DNA of 64,000 nt, taken from the NCBI GenBank assembly GCA_965637545.1, contig OZ281500.1, positions 21,390,001 through 21,454,000 on the forward strand, given 5' to 3'. The notes beneath the pieces were generated by a model that saw nothing but the letters and a program-made list of their open reading frames with translations, was not told the DNA's origin and ran no database searches. Shown in pieces: positions 40,101 to 53,437 of this stretch (the stretch's first letter is position 1; each line of letters begins with the position of its first letter). This DNA is from Phallusia mammillata. Lineage: Eukaryota. The position numbers and the translations under genes were made by a program.

Positions 40101-43046
40101 TAATGCAGAAAATCTATAGAGGAAGTTAAATGTTATCTAGTTGTAATCTAGTTTTGCAGCAAAAGCTGTTTAAAAAGTAGCCAAAAGTTACAAAAATCAC
40201 CGACATACAGCGCATTTAACATGGTACTTCCGCATGTAAATAGCACAAGTACAATAAAAGTCCACACACCAACCCTTTGGCATTGAAAGATTGCTATCAA
40301 AACATCGGGTATTACACCCAGGCATTACAGGCCGCTCCCTGACAGCGGAAAGTCTTCGGAAATATCAAGATTTCCTTTCCCTAAATCCTCTTTCACCAAA
40401 AAGCGCCACTCGCCAGGCGCAGCGTAGCGTGAAATTGAGCCCCCCTGGCCGCCATAATCCAAAGCGGCGGTTTCATTTCTCGTCACGTGACAGGTCGATG
40501 CGGTTCGCGGGCGTCCGGACAAAGGCGGTGACGTAAGCAAACACAAACTTCCGATCTCTCCGGTGTTTAGAGGAAGCGAAGCGCGAAGCCGGCCTCCCCT
40601 TTTTGCTTTGTTTGGAGCTGGCGAATTTGAAACCGGGGCCTGTCAATCACACTTATGACTCCGGCGTGTTGGAGGGGATTGGAATTTAAACAACACTAGT
40701 ACTAATAGAATCTTGATGGATTGACACACAATGAGCAATACACATGCGTGAAATATTGCACTGCGCGAGTGTCAAAAAGAGTTACGCAATTCCTATGTAG
40801 GAATATCCAAGCAATAATTTGAACATTGCTATGTTCCAGCAATTTATATTGTGGAAAAGCTGGGTTTAACGAACATGATTTGGTAAGCAGTTTTTTGTTT
40901 TAGCAGAAGAAACATAGCAATACAAGAGCGTGACATTTTTGACACCAGCAATTGTCGTCATAATGTGACGTCATCAACATTTTGTATGAGGTACAATAGG
41001 ATATTTTTCCTTACATCGTATGTTTAATTTAAACAATACGTTCCCAAAACTCCCAAAAATAGAATAAAAACAATTTCAACACATATTATTCAATTGTTAA
41101 TTGTGTTTTGATGCCTTTTCGCTTGAGAAGAAATTCGTTTTTCAAGATATGCCATTATCCTGATATAGCGTCTTGTATGGGACGTCGAAACGTCGATTTT
41201 TTACAACACAAACAGCTGGAAGAGCAATACGCGTTTAAACATTATGTCTGGCAGCAACAGCTTATTTTAAGTGTTCACTTGTTGAAAACACAATTTAACA
41301 GTAATATTTTGCGTACCGCCAGTCATATATTTCTTTACTGTTTTCGGAGAAAATCAAGAACAAATCTATAAATACATCCGTTCTCAAACTCTGTACGCGA
41401 TAAGCAGCGAAGGGTGGAACTAATTGACTGACGCACGAAAAGGCAAAATATGAAAGTTAACCAACACGAAGAAAAACACAAAATATTTTGCGAGCTCAAA
41501 AATGACAGATTCTGCAACTTTCCATCAAAACGACAGTGGATGACGTCAGTACGAGACGATCACGTGCCAGATTTGGATCTTAATCTCAAAGCAGCCGGAA
41601 TGCTTTTGAAATGTCACAGACCGACAAAAATCGCGGCATGAATTTCGAATCTGTGTTCTGGACGATTGTTGTAAAGGTTAAAGAAACAGTTCCGACGGTA
41701 ATAACCGGGAAAAATACGTTTCTGAGAAGAGGCGGGTATACTAAAAAGTTGGGGAGTTATACGAGCCACTGTAACATGACAAAAAATACGAACTTATTCA
41801 AACAACTTGCAAAAAATAAGAACAAAAATGAATAGGAAAATTCCCGAAGTGAAAGTAGATTTTCTACGAAAGGTTACTGTGGGCAATATAATGACGTGTG
41901 TTTCGTTATTGTCGCGTCACTATAGTACCTAAACGCGTATAACCGCTTGTGTATCATTTGGAATTTTGCATTTTTCTAAAATCTTTTAAGAGTCATCAAA
42001 TTCCACAAACATCAGTCAGTAAGAAACCATTGGAACGGATTTATGTCGTTGCTTACGGCATTTTCATTTCCAATAGATACAAAGCTGTAGAAAACAGTCA
42101 TGGGGAAGAAATTTACGTAAGGTTGTGTAATACAAAAGTATTGCTAAGTGGTCAGAAAAACCAATGTCAATGCATGGTCCTGTATTGGCTCTAAAGTTCA
42201 AACTCGCGCCATTTAAAACTGGAAGTTGGTCACCTACATTCTACGACCTTTGTCGTCCAAAAGCTTTCCCAAAAGGGTTAGAAAAGTTTGGTCTCACGGA
42301 CGGAAAACTCAGATCAATGTAACATACATTGGACATCACCCTGCGCGAGATTCGATAGCAATCTTATATACTTCACCCCGTGCGTGTACGCTCTGACACG
42401 ACACCTTACTGTGTCCAGGACAGGACAAACCAATGCATTGACAGGGCTCTTAACATTTGACGTTATCAGGACCGCAGTCTTTTAATCTCGTTCCGAACCG
42501 CGCACGCGCAAAGCCTCAGGCAGCAGGTGCACCCGGAGTTACGGCCTTCGCGATTTCAACCGTTCTGTCGTGGCGAAACTACGCGCGGTCTTAGGCGAAC
42601 AATTGAAAGGTGGGATTTACGGGGCTAAGCCGGTACGTTTCCGAAAGGACTCAACAATGAAAAGTCCTTTGCGACGCTGTTATGTCGTAAACCGGACGAG
42701 ACGGATTCGCAAGGTAAAGACCTTATATAGAGGTTGGGTTTTTGAAACTGCGACATTTGCATGCAAACAGAAATGCTGTGTCATGGTTTTAAATAATGCT
42801 GCATTATGATAAAATCGATGAGACAAATATCACAACTTCCTAAACAACAACATTTGTTTTGATAAAACATAGCAGAATGCCATCATAGCCTTGTCTAAGT
42901 TCAAAACTATACATAATCACTATGCTTGGCATTTAAGGCAACCACACGAACGACCAATGGCCACAGAATGACCAGAACGAAACAACAGCGCCCCGTGTGG
43001 ATGTTGCGTTAATTTGAAACCCAAACTGCACACAAATATCATTTTG

Positions 43047-43110
43047 GCACATTGAAGGCGCCATACCGAATCATTCACTACCACATGGCAAGGCGCGGGC
43101 TAGAAAAGTC
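43047..43110 (-). mobile_element. SINE body fragment, same family as 46760-46902
   Basis: The reverse complement CCTTGCCATGTGGTAGTGAATGATTCGGTATGGCGCCTTCAATG matches the 46.85-46.90-kb body with an internal deletion. Confidence 0.65.
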
Positions 43111-43821
43111 GCATGCAAAATGACCTGTATTACACAGCATAAAAGGTCGAACGGCGTCAATCGTTTTGTCCGATAACAAAGTATCGCTTTTGACTGACGT
43201 GAACACTTCACATTACAAAACATTTAAAGTAGCGTTTTACGTTCACTGATTCTGATTTGCAAAGCAGGTGACGTACAGACGTCAGGAGATGGATAAAATG
43301 ACCGCAAATGTAAAGAGCGTTTGGCCGCTTGACTGTAACCTGGATTCGAACTTTTGCAAAGAGCCAAAAGCTTTCTAAACATTAAGGAACCGAAATACAA
43401 CGTCTGAAAATGTAGAAATAGTTGAAATGTTTGCAAAGAAAATGTGTTTGCTGCAAAACTTCTATGTTGCATGAAACTGGACCTTCATTAAGCAATGTAC
43501 TAGCAAACATATAGCGACAGTTTTTCACAGTCAGTAGCCCACTTCAAGTATTATTTATATTTTGCTATTATTTACCACATATAGTTTACTAGAAACAGTT
43601 TTGCAATGTCAGTGACCTATTTCCGGTTTTACGGCATCTTTTTTGTGTTCGACACCAAAACTTGTTAAGGAACCAACAATACAAAAGGCTACGGTCGCGA
43701 TACATGTGATATTATAAAGCAAAGATTTTACATTTGCCTCAAACTACACCAGCTAATTTATATTCCACTAATCCACAGCATTCCTTAAACAGTCAGACGT
43801 TTCTAAACAAAACAATCAATT

Positions 43822-43836
43822 CTTATTCAAATAGAA
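43822..43836 (-). other. Spliced-leader-like sequence (SL relic)
   Basis: Minus-strand TTCTATTTGAATAAG is an exact match to positions 2-16 of the Ciona SL. It is followed by AATTG rather than GT. Confidence 0.45.
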
Positions 43837-44287
43837 CCGCACAAAGGACCCGTACCGGTCGAAACTTGATCGACCGGGACTCGAAGACCACAAAAGCTAT
43901 CGAACAACAAGGACAATGCATCGCGAGGGTATGATGTCATTCCGCGACGCAGGGGACATTGTGTCGACGCGGAACGACCTCCCCGGACTTCCGAGCGCGT
44001 GACCCCGAGGTCAGAGGCCAGTTTCGGGGTCAAGGCGTAGACAATGGAGTACAGAAGACACGCGAGGCAGCTGACATGAGCCCACGCGAAGGTACAACGT
44101 TATTTAGGTGGCGAATGATTTGAGAAGCGGTTTTATGAATGGGACGAAAGTAGATGAGCATAGAACCCACGTGGCTGGAGGCAACACACGTGTAGATTGA
44201 TTCATTAAATTCCTTTTTTCAGATTTCCAGAGTGGAATCGGTGTAACTTACGGGTGCAAAGGTCAGAATTACGATTGGTGAATTCGG

Positions 44288-44409
44288 AATTACCTACGCC
44301 TAACTCATTTAGTCTTTTTTGTGGCCAAACAGCGTGTTTGACCTTAAATTACCTACGCCTAACTCATTTAGTCTTTTTTGTGGCCAAACAGCGTGTTTGA
44401 CCTTAAATT
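44288..44409. repeat. Perfect tandem duplication, 59-bp unit x2
   Basis: AATTACCTACGCCTAACTCATTTAGTCTTTTTTGTGGCCAAACAGCGTGTTTGACCTTA repeated without mismatch. Confidence 0.95.
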
Positions 44410-44667
44410 TTAAGTCCTACATTTTGCCTACAAATTACAAGTTTTCAAGTATTTGCAACTTTTTACATCACAGTCACGCCATTTAACGACATGTATTAAT
44501 TTGATTAGTATGGTAATGAGGCCTGGAGATTTTGGCCAACACACTTCCTAAATCTTTTTTCAAACCAGATCATTTTGTTGTGCCTAGGTTTTGAATACTA
44601 ATTTATAGGTTTTGTACGTTAATATATTTGGTTTAGTTTTGTCCAATTCATGTTTCAAGCAAAATAC

Positions 44668-44832
44668 CTCGGCTCCTGAATACATTTTCGTTGAAGCGAC
44701 GAGCCAGTCCATGTTTACGTCATCGGTGATGGGCATTTTTCGGAAACGGATTCGGAAAATTTCGCGTCTCGTGTTTTCATCAGGCAGCGGTATGTGCAAG
44801 ATTCGATCGATACGTCCAGGGCGTAGCAAAGC
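44668..44832 (-). CDS. AFG2A: AFG2A/SPATA5 penultimate coding exon (arginine-finger LRPGRIDR motif)
   Basis: 165 nt = 55 codons: ALLRPGRIDRILHIPLPDENTRREIFRIRFRKMPITDDVNMDWLVASTKMYSGAE. Acceptor TTCTTTTTTACAG, donor GAG|GTATTT, phase 0 on both sides. Joins in frame to ...DMIDK upstream and ICSVCREAAL downstream. Confidence 0.96.
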
Positions 44833-45498
44833 CTGTAAAAAAGAAATAAGTTTATGCTTTCTTTTCTTTAAACACAAAACAGGGTACGATTAGGTACACT
44901 ATACAGTTTTTGAATAATCTGAGCAAAAATATCAAAGCCAGTATTCAAAGCATGTCTTCAGGTGCTTTTAATTCTGACAACCTGATGATGACAAAAGTAA
45001 TTGTCAAAACGTAGTCATGTTTTATACACAAATAATTGCTCTGATTTGTTTGCTCAAGGTACGAATATATTACCTGGTAGCTAGAAAATAATGCATTGTA
45101 ATTTCGCAAACGTTTAGTCCATCAGGTTGCGTACTATAAACAAAGCGGATTGGAAAACTAAATTCAATTTTCCTAAGACAAAAAAACACGGTCTAACTCA
45201 TTTAAACACTAAGCGTTAAGCATTCTTGTTGTCACCAAAGCGAATTCCACAGGACGGTCTGCAAAGCTGCCAGCATCTAACATATAAACGGTCGACACAA
45301 TCCTATAAGCAAAGAGGTTTTCGGGAACCACCGCGCAAATATAGCAGTCTGCGTGCCGTTGAAACCTGATATCAATCGCATTTGCAGAAATAACTATTGA
45401 CGATAACGGGAAGACCAACTAACCTATACAGGTCTTAATATATGTAGTATTACGTACAGACGTTGTTACTAAAGCTGTTAACAGAAGCGAAATTGGGA

Positions 45499-45530
45499 AC
45501 CGGAAGTTATTTTTATACAAAGCCGGAAGT
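45499..45530 (+). promoter_or_regulatory. Paired high-affinity ETS sites
   Basis: ACCGGAAGT (45499-45507) and GCCGGAAGT (45522-45530), with TGACGTCA nearby at 45692-45699. Motif match only. Confidence 0.3.
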
Positions 45531-45865
45531 AGGACCGACAAGTTGGTGAATGATGCCAAATGTAAAGTGTGGCCCGAATCAAGCCCGTTTTATTCGAAGT
45601 CAAGCTTGACCCCCGACAAATCTGGTTGTTAATTCATACGCCACCGCCCCTTGAGCGTTAAGAGGTCGTTCAACTTCACGGTTTACGGCTGTGACGTCAG
45701 TGCTCGAGACTAAACAGCTTCAAGCAAGATCACGAGCAAAATAAGGTCATCGACCTGATGGTTTTTCCAATACAACAAAAAAATAGATTAACACAGTCAG
45801 ATGATTTTAGGACACACATATGTATGGACGTGTATAAACGACAGGTACGTTTGGTTACAACGGCA

Positions 45866-46024
45866 CATGGTACAATTAGACCGATCCAAAACATACATTT
45901 ATGATGTGTGTATGCCCCTGCCTGTAAAAATACATCGGACGTTTTGTAAAGGTGCATGGTACAGTCAAATAGATCCAAAAATACATTTATGAAAGTTTGT
46001 ACATGCTCCAGTCTGTAACAATAC
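45866..46024. repeat. Diverged tandem duplication, about 89-bp period x2
   Basis: CATGGTACA...GATCCAAAA.ATACATTTATGA...CTGTAA.AATAC starts at 45866 and 45955. Confidence 0.75.
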
Positions 46025-46759
46025 GTGGGAAATTCCTTTGACGAGCGGAAAATCCGGATAGTTGTTAATAACGAAAACATAGCGACACAATTGCACTAAG
46101 ATAGGACAATCTTCAAGTCGGATATAGCAGCACAAAGTAATTTTATCCGCATACTTAATCAGATAAATAGAAGGTTTAAGGTGTTAAAGATCAGATATCG
46201 GTGCTTACTTAAAGTTCGTTAACGTGACTTTGTACCTACACAACAAGGAGATCCACATTGATAGCGAATTAAGCACTTCCGTTGGCGTGTTAACAGTTGC
46301 TGACAGATACACTTGCAATAACGTAGGCTATCAATTTACGAAAGCCAAAACCAGGTTATTTTTACATGACGCACGACGTGGTTTTGTTTTGTGTAAGGTA
46401 ATTCACTGTACGTTTTAAGCCTTGTTTTTTATGAATGAATGATTAAATGACAGCCATAGTTTAGCGCCAAAACTTTCCTGGACATTTTTGACAACCGAAT
46501 GTGATCTTTTCGATAATTTGTGAGCCAAATTCTGCATTACTCCAATAAAAAGCCTTCACATGCTGTTACATGTGATAACATTTAGCAATAAATTGAATAC
46601 TAAGGAGGCATTTAAAATGCAAAATTAGGCAGTTAAAACTTAAACAACATTGATAAGGTGGGAAATTTCATTGACACCATGAAAGTGTATTGCAGATTTT
46701 GGGAGCTATGCATTTTTATATTTACCCCTAACTCTTAAGATGAACATAAATTCATAACT

Positions 46760-46902
46760 GGGATCTGCCCTGAGTCCCGGAAAGACTCCTGTCGTGGGTT
46801 CGAATCCCACCGCAGGTTAGATTTTTCTGGCCTATAAGTCTTGCCATATGGTGGTGAATGCTTGGTGACCGGCTGATTCGGTATGGCGCCTTCAATGGGC
46901 CT
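46760..46902 (+). mobile_element. tRNA-derived SINE-like repeat, best-preserved copy
   Basis: Pol III B box GGTTCGAATCC at 46797-46807, followed by a body (CTTGCCATATGGTGGTGAATG...GACCGGCTGATTCGGTATGGCGCCTTCAATGGGCCT) that recurs at 43047-43110, 49700-49826 and 53610-53660. No full cloverleaf. Confidence 0.7.
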
Positions 46903-49699
46903 AAAAAAACGAAATAGGCCCGAAAGTTGTTGAAATTGTGGCATAGCAGAGTGAAGTCAGGCCCGAAATCAAGTCTATTTTATTTAAACTTAAGTACAAA
47001 CCCGGCCCCAACCCTGAAACGTATGTCAAATTTGCACCTGGTTGATGACCACCGCAAATTGGGGGATGTCAATGGCTTGAAAATATTTACAGGTAATATA
47101 AAAGAAGAGCTAAACCATAATTTTTCCGGCCAATGGCTCGGAAATTCGGTCAACCTGGCCACCCCGGCTAGCATTCGCGAAAATGACTTCAACGTACAAT
47201 CGACGCAAAAAGTGAGCTTTCTTTTTCGCGCAGCAGTCGCGCATTAAACAGATAGTAGTGACTCCCGGCGCGTTTGTATCGTCAACGCAGTACAAACAAA
47301 CGCTACGACAGAATCAACACAAGCGACACGGTCTTATTAAATTTCTCCGTGCGCCTGATGCCTATTGTTCGCTCACAATGGCACCGCGTAGCGAATTATT
47401 CCTATATGTGGTCGGAAGCTTCCGCTGCATTGTCATCGACGCTTTTTCGTCGTGTATATTCGAGGCCAACGCAGCGCCGGATCTTCTTTGTGCACCCCCC
47501 TCACTAGTCCAGATGCGCTACCCCCCAGCGAAGCTAACGTACCATTATCCCCCCATTTTACCCCTTCCACCTTTATCGACTTTAGGATCTCGAACTCCGT
47601 TGATGAAAATAGAGATTTTGAAGTGCTTTTTCAATGCGCATAAAATAGGAAGTCTAAACTTGGTTCAGTTCGCGTTTAGGTCGGTTCGCCTAAATATAGG
47701 ACAGCATTATAATGCTAGGATTTAAACGTCTCGTCGCCCCGTAAAATACCCTTAATTTTTTACCTCAATCAATCACTACATCAGTTTGGCATTAATTAAT
47801 GTAAAATTGCACATTTTGAAAGAGAACAATCGAACAACTGTTTTTAGATAATAAAACGCATAGGCAAAACTACGACATGTAGGCCAAGCACCCGTTCATA
47901 AGTGTTTTTCCTTGTAAAAACGAATGGGGATACCGAAAACGAAAGTGTGTTCAATTTTGTGCTGGTTAATCATGAGTACGGTATTTAAAAAGCGGGGGTG
48001 TAGAAATTATATTAGTATGATTTTAAAATGTAAGTAGCCCTCGACTGTTAGCCACACAGCAATAGCAATAGAGTAAAAAACTTTATAAGCCGCAGGCCGC
48101 TGCATACAACTGAATACATACGGTTATCACATTTTTTTTTTATTCTTCAAATCAACGATCCTATAGTTCATCTCTAAACAGAACGTCACCGCTCCAATGT
48201 GCTCTTTAGCTCCATATAGCGGTCAAACGTGAAGTAATTTTGAGAAGCTACTGCTTTGAGGTCACCTAGTTGATCAGAACTCAGATATAAAGCTCATTAG
48301 GAGTTCGGGCGTGTTGGGAGTGACGACAGAGCAGCCGCTGATACTGGTTACAACGTAAACATTCTGGTGTTTTACTCGTTTGTAGGTGAAAGTCCATATC
48401 AGGCGGGAAGAGCGTCGTTTCCACGAATGTGGTTCGATTTATGGATGTAAACATGGAATAGGGAATTGCCGAAGGAATAGGGAATTGTCGTAGCTAAATT
48501 GAATGGGAGTTTAAAAACTTTGGTTTGCGATAGAATGGTTTATAGATGTTTTATAAGATAAGACTTGTTCATATTGACAAACTTTAATTACTGACATTAG
48601 GGTCATTAATTATTTAATTTATTTAGGTTCGAATTTCAACTTTCGGGTCACATTCGTGCTTTGCTTAAAAAAATCGCGTACGGGCTAGGTTCTGGGCTTT
48701 TACTTTCAAATTCGACCCCGTACTATACATGGTATTTCACAGAAAAATGAAGAATGATAAAACCACCAGTTTTGGACCCAATTCTGAACCTGGGAAAACG
48801 GCAAAATACCTTTTCGCACTTCGGGAGCACAAAATTAGTTATTCATACAAAAGTTTTCATCACATTTTACGATGGGTTGCGTGAAACTGTGGGTCCTTTA
48901 ACTATTTAGTAAAACTAGATTTAGACTGAACGTGTTAATTAGACCAACAGTGGTTTTCAAAAGTATATTTCGTTGTCTTTAGCCTTTGCTGCAGGTAAAA
49001 ATGTTTAAATTGTTCATTGCACTAACGATGACTGCCTTAACCAGGGGTTGTAGCTACGTAACAACAGACTATGCCTCAATATATGCCAAAGTTAAACCCT
49101 TAAGCAAAACTAAAGCTTCCTAAATTCTCTTAAAATTTCGCCGGCTCTTAACCGCAAATACCATCAATCCGAATTACCCCATTTCCACACCTACAAACCA
49201 CTTCATCGGTTCTTCAACTCAACTGGCATATTTTGATGTGTATTTTACGCCTTTTGAGTTTGCGCATTAGTCAAGGTTTTGGGGAAAGCTAGCTGTGACG
49301 CACTTCAATGTCACGTGACAGTGAAAACGCTTCACCTCTGACCTTATTTAGACCGCGTTTTTCTTCACAGGGTGTTTAAGTGTGTGCGGTAGCTCAGGTG
49401 TTTATGTTAGGAAGATTTTGACAATAAGAATAGGAATTTGAAACTTTTGAAGAAAAGAATGGGTAACGAGTTTGAAGCTAACGATTGTTTTGCATTTGTT
49501 TAGTTTAGAAACCGAATTTGGAATTGGAAATTGTCATTCTCACAAGAAACATATAAAGCAATATGTAATTCTCGAATAAGTTTTTATTGTTGGTAAATAC
49601 TACGTTGTATCATACTTTATTTCACATAAAGACAAATGAATAATGGGATAAGCCCCGAAACTGTTGAGGACCAACGATCACGGCACACTCATACATAAA

Positions 49700-49826
49700 T
49701 CATAGTATGTCAGGCCTATTAAAGGCAATATACTGAATCAGGCCGGTCTTACAAGCTTGTGCATTGTATGACAAGGCACGGGTTAGTTAAGAAAATGTAA
49801 CCCGCGGTGGGATTTGAACCCACGGC
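49700..49826 (-). mobile_element. tRNA-derived SINE-like repeat, same family as 46760-46902
   Basis: The reverse complement reads CCGTGGGTTCAAATCCCACCGCGGGTTACATTTTCT...GACCGGCCTGATTCAGTATATTGCCTTTAATAGGCCTG, collinear with the 46.8-kb copy. Confidence 0.7.
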
Positions 49827-52506
49827 ACGAGCTTATTGTATCATATTTATGTGTCGTATCACTTTTAGGACATAATGTACTTAAATGAAGAGTGCATTTA
49901 CTTGTACGTTTCAATGAAAGAATCATTGTAGATCATTAAAAACGTGCACGCAGGCAACATTCTTTGCGGGTTTTCCAGTGTCTAACAGCCTAATACCTCC
50001 CTATAAACAAAAGGTTTGAAAACAAAAACAGAACATGCCTGATTTAACAAGATTATGTCAAATAGAATAGGGCTGCTGGAAAAAAACAAAATCTAAGTAC
50101 AAACTATTAACAGAAATGAAAAAGTAATGGTGCAATCAACCACTAACTATCACAACGTGCCACGGGCTTAGAAGCTATCGGTTATTGCTGGGTGGCGGGC
50201 AGTAACTTACCAAAATTAAAGAAATTTTGGATAGGTTTTGGATGATGGCTTTGGATCTCTAAAGAAAAATTTACCCCTTGAACGTTTGACGAATTTTCTA
50301 AAAAAGGTAGCAAAAAGGTTTACCGTTTTTACCGTCTAGGGTTGATGCGCTACGCGTATCAACATTATGCGTTATGTCCGCCTAAGAGATCATGAACACT
50401 TTTGCGTTATCAATGCATGAACGTAATTTACTACAACTTCCAACAGTGGCTGGTTTAAATAATGTGACAATGACACATAAAAACCAGGACCCACTTTATA
50501 GGGCTTTTATTTTTGATGATTGTCTAAAAGATAAAATTCTCCCAAGATGGGTAGTAGCTTCAACTTTTAAACATTTTATAAAATTTGGTGGGTTGTACAA
50601 AGACTTATAAAAAACGTACGTGAGAAAAAAATCCTTTCATTTTTACATATAACTGAACAGTCTGAGGTCGGTGTAAATTCTAGTTGTCGCTTCTGGATAA
50701 AGTTGAGCCCGATTTAACTTTTTCAGGGTATTTCGCCTCACGAGCGTGACAAGCCAGATTCCGTCGTGTCTACGTTTGACAGCACCGCATCAACCGACGG
50801 CAAAACGCATGCAAAAAGCCCCACCCCACGCCACAGGAATTTACATCCACTTAGACATGATATTCGCACAATACCGCGCCTTGTGTGTTACGCTAATTCG
50901 GCGGAAATTCACTTTGGCACTTTCCCGCCTCGCAGACAAAGTTCCAAGGTGCACGTGGGGTCCAAGGTCCGGAATTCGCTTCCAAAAATATGAACATAAC
51001 AGTTTCCTAAGCTTTTCTCCGAAATTACTAATCCCTATTAACTGTGGGTGACAAGATACCCGCAACCGCTTTGTGCTTGACAGGTTGTGGGTTCGAATCT
51101 AACCTCTTCCGGTTGTGCAATAGGAGTAACAAAGGCGCAACATCCAATTTGAATACAGTTCAAGTCATTATAAAAAGTCCCAACCCAACTTTTTAACCAA
51201 AAAAACATAACAGCCACTTTGCAGCCACTGTAATAAACCAAACAATTCACCTACTAAGGTGTAACTTACATGTAATCAAAGAATATTGAATGTTTTTGGT
51301 GACTTAGCAGAAGAAAATTTGCGCAAAAGTTTTCTACCACAGTTGACAATTACTCTAACACGCGGAATTAGGTGGGTAAGCTCGTTTGTAGCTGCGTGGA
51401 AGAGCATTGCGTAGGAGTGTCGCGGAATCCCAGGCATTCTTGTACGATATGTGATCAGATAAACACAACAACAAGCATGTAGGACTTGGTCGGGTCGTGC
51501 AAGGGCCTTAAAGGGCATCGAAGGCTAGGACTTGGTTTTCAGACACGTGATGTAAAGGCTTGGGCACGAATTTTCGGATTAGAAAAACACTACGATGTGA
51601 TAAGGTTTTGTGCCATTTAGGAGGGGCGCTTCTACTATGGCTTCGTTCGTGTTACAGTTCTGTTGTAAATTTACTAACTGATTAGATGCAGAACACAGGA
51701 AAATTCCCAGGATTTGGTTTTATGGTTGCAGGGTTTGGAAAATGTAGAAGTGAATTGGCGCAACTTACTTTTCATGGCATGGAAATTCCGTCATGTATTT
51801 CTGGTTGTTGAAACGTTTTGTGAAATCAAAAGACTTGACATGTGTTTCCTTGGTATTGAAAGTTTATGCTTCGCTTGTGTCATATCACGTTAAACTCGCA
51901 GTATTAAGACATTTATAAATTACTAACTTAAAAAAAGACACAAAACTAACCAAAACTACGTCTTTGCAAAAAAAAACATTTCAAAATCTTTCTTCTTTTT
52001 AGGGCAATTTTTCAAATTAATCACATCAATACACTTGGGAACACTATTCACGGACTTGAAAAGTACCGTAACTTAATCATAAACATTACTGTCAAAGTAC
52101 TGGTGTATATACAATATATCGATGATAACAGAGATTGTTGAAACGTCTGCACGATGTATTCACTTACACAAGTACTCTGGCCGTTATGTTTTTGATTTAG
52201 TTACATCAAATATTTACACTTTGGGCATACACTGTACGGCCTACAGGGACTTTACTAGACGCGTAATAAAATTCGATCACACAGTTTCCTTAAAACTTAA
52301 CTGGTGTTACAAGCGAACCGGCACTAACACCTCCGAAATGGGACAGTTTGACAGGAAGGGGTGTCACCTTACTAACGACTGACAGGGCTGCACCCCCTCT
52401 GTGCCCCCCCACCAGAGACCGCACACAGAGCATTTGCATACAACCGTTTCCGGACTCGATGACACGGGCAACGTCATCAAGGCGCGTTTAGGCGCCAGAA
52501 TGGCTC

Positions 52507-52551
52507 GTTGTCATAGCGACCGTCGCAATCGGTTAGTGCATGTGACCTTGA
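52507..52551. promoter_or_regulatory. RFX X-box-like palindrome plus ERR/NR5A half-site
   Basis: GTTGTCATAGCGAC (52507-52520) and TGACCTTGA (52543-52551). Similar X-box-like 14-mers occur at 2882-2895 and 15840-15853. Motif match only. Confidence 0.25.
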
Positions 52552-53437
52552 CAGGGCAAGTTACGTAAGACGAATTTTTGATTTAAAGACAGCGATTGTT
52601 GAAAAATAAAACATGAATAATGTCGGGATTGCAAATATAGTTAAGAAATTAGACTGAAAAATATTTAATCCGTCAATTTTAAAACAAAAAAATGCTCTTG
52701 GAAAAAACTTAATATGTTTGGTTTTGTCACAAAAATATTTTTGGCCTTAATAAATTAGGCAAAAATCTTAAAAACAAATGAATTAATGAATTATTGTTTT
52801 TTATTAACTTAAATCACTATAAATTAGGCATGTCCTTTTTGCAGTAAAAATCAGACTATGTTAAATATTGACAAATTTTATCACGTGACCTGACTAAGCA
52901 AGTTGGTACGCATCCTAAAAACGGTGAGTCAGAAGTTGAAAATGTGCAACGCCATAATAGCTATACAGTATATTGTTTACATCGCATGACCGGAAATCGC
53001 TTGTTATGTTTATGAAGTGTGTAGAAAAAAATGTTGAGTCATCGGTTGCTGCGGTGACGGAGCGGAATTCGCGCGGGAAATCGCTGGCAGGTAATTGGCA
53101 GTTCCAGGACGATAAGCGACGGGATGAGTTGCGACCTTGTCACGAGGGGATTTCCCCGTGGATGAAGATTTTGTGAGCTCGCACGCAACTTTGAATGTTT
53201 AAAGTCGAACCAATGCGTTAGTGAAGTGTTGATTGTGGTTAAGGAAAGCTTATCGCTTTATTGCACCTGCCTTTGAGCCCCTTTTTCAATTTTTTGTGAT
53301 TTTAGGAGCATGTTGTTTGCTGCCCAGAGTATTAACACTGTAGCACAACGAACGCTACTTATAAGGTATTTTAAACTCGTTTTTAAAAATTAATCTGCCA
53401 CTAGTTAAACTGAAAGATTCTTAAAGTTAGTTATACT

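Larger units (their letters stand above)
33636..44667 (-). other. AFG2A/SPATA5 last intron, 11,032 nt, GT-AG, phase 0
   Basis: The flanking exons join in frame (GAE|ICS). Confidence 0.88.

Noticed and set aside
44612-44893. Plus-strand 93-aa ORF (likewise 63410-63709)
   Set aside because: These are antisense shadows of the real SPATA5 exons.
46760-46815. Possible tRNA gene (and other GGTTCGA hits)
   Set aside because: A B box is present, but there is no acceptor stem or cloverleaf, and the shared downstream body marks these as SINEs.
47258-47725. 155-aa ORF in the SPATA5 intron, antisense
   Set aside because: No recognisable motif. The Pro-rich part derives from C-runs, and it is explained by local GC richness.
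50336-50363. CTAG next to hairpin GTTGATGCGC-TAC-GCGTATCAAC, resembling a Helitron end
   Set aside because: The spacer is only 1 nt, the flanking base does not fit the A|T target, and I found no partner end. It could be a HINE 5' remnant but this is unsupported.
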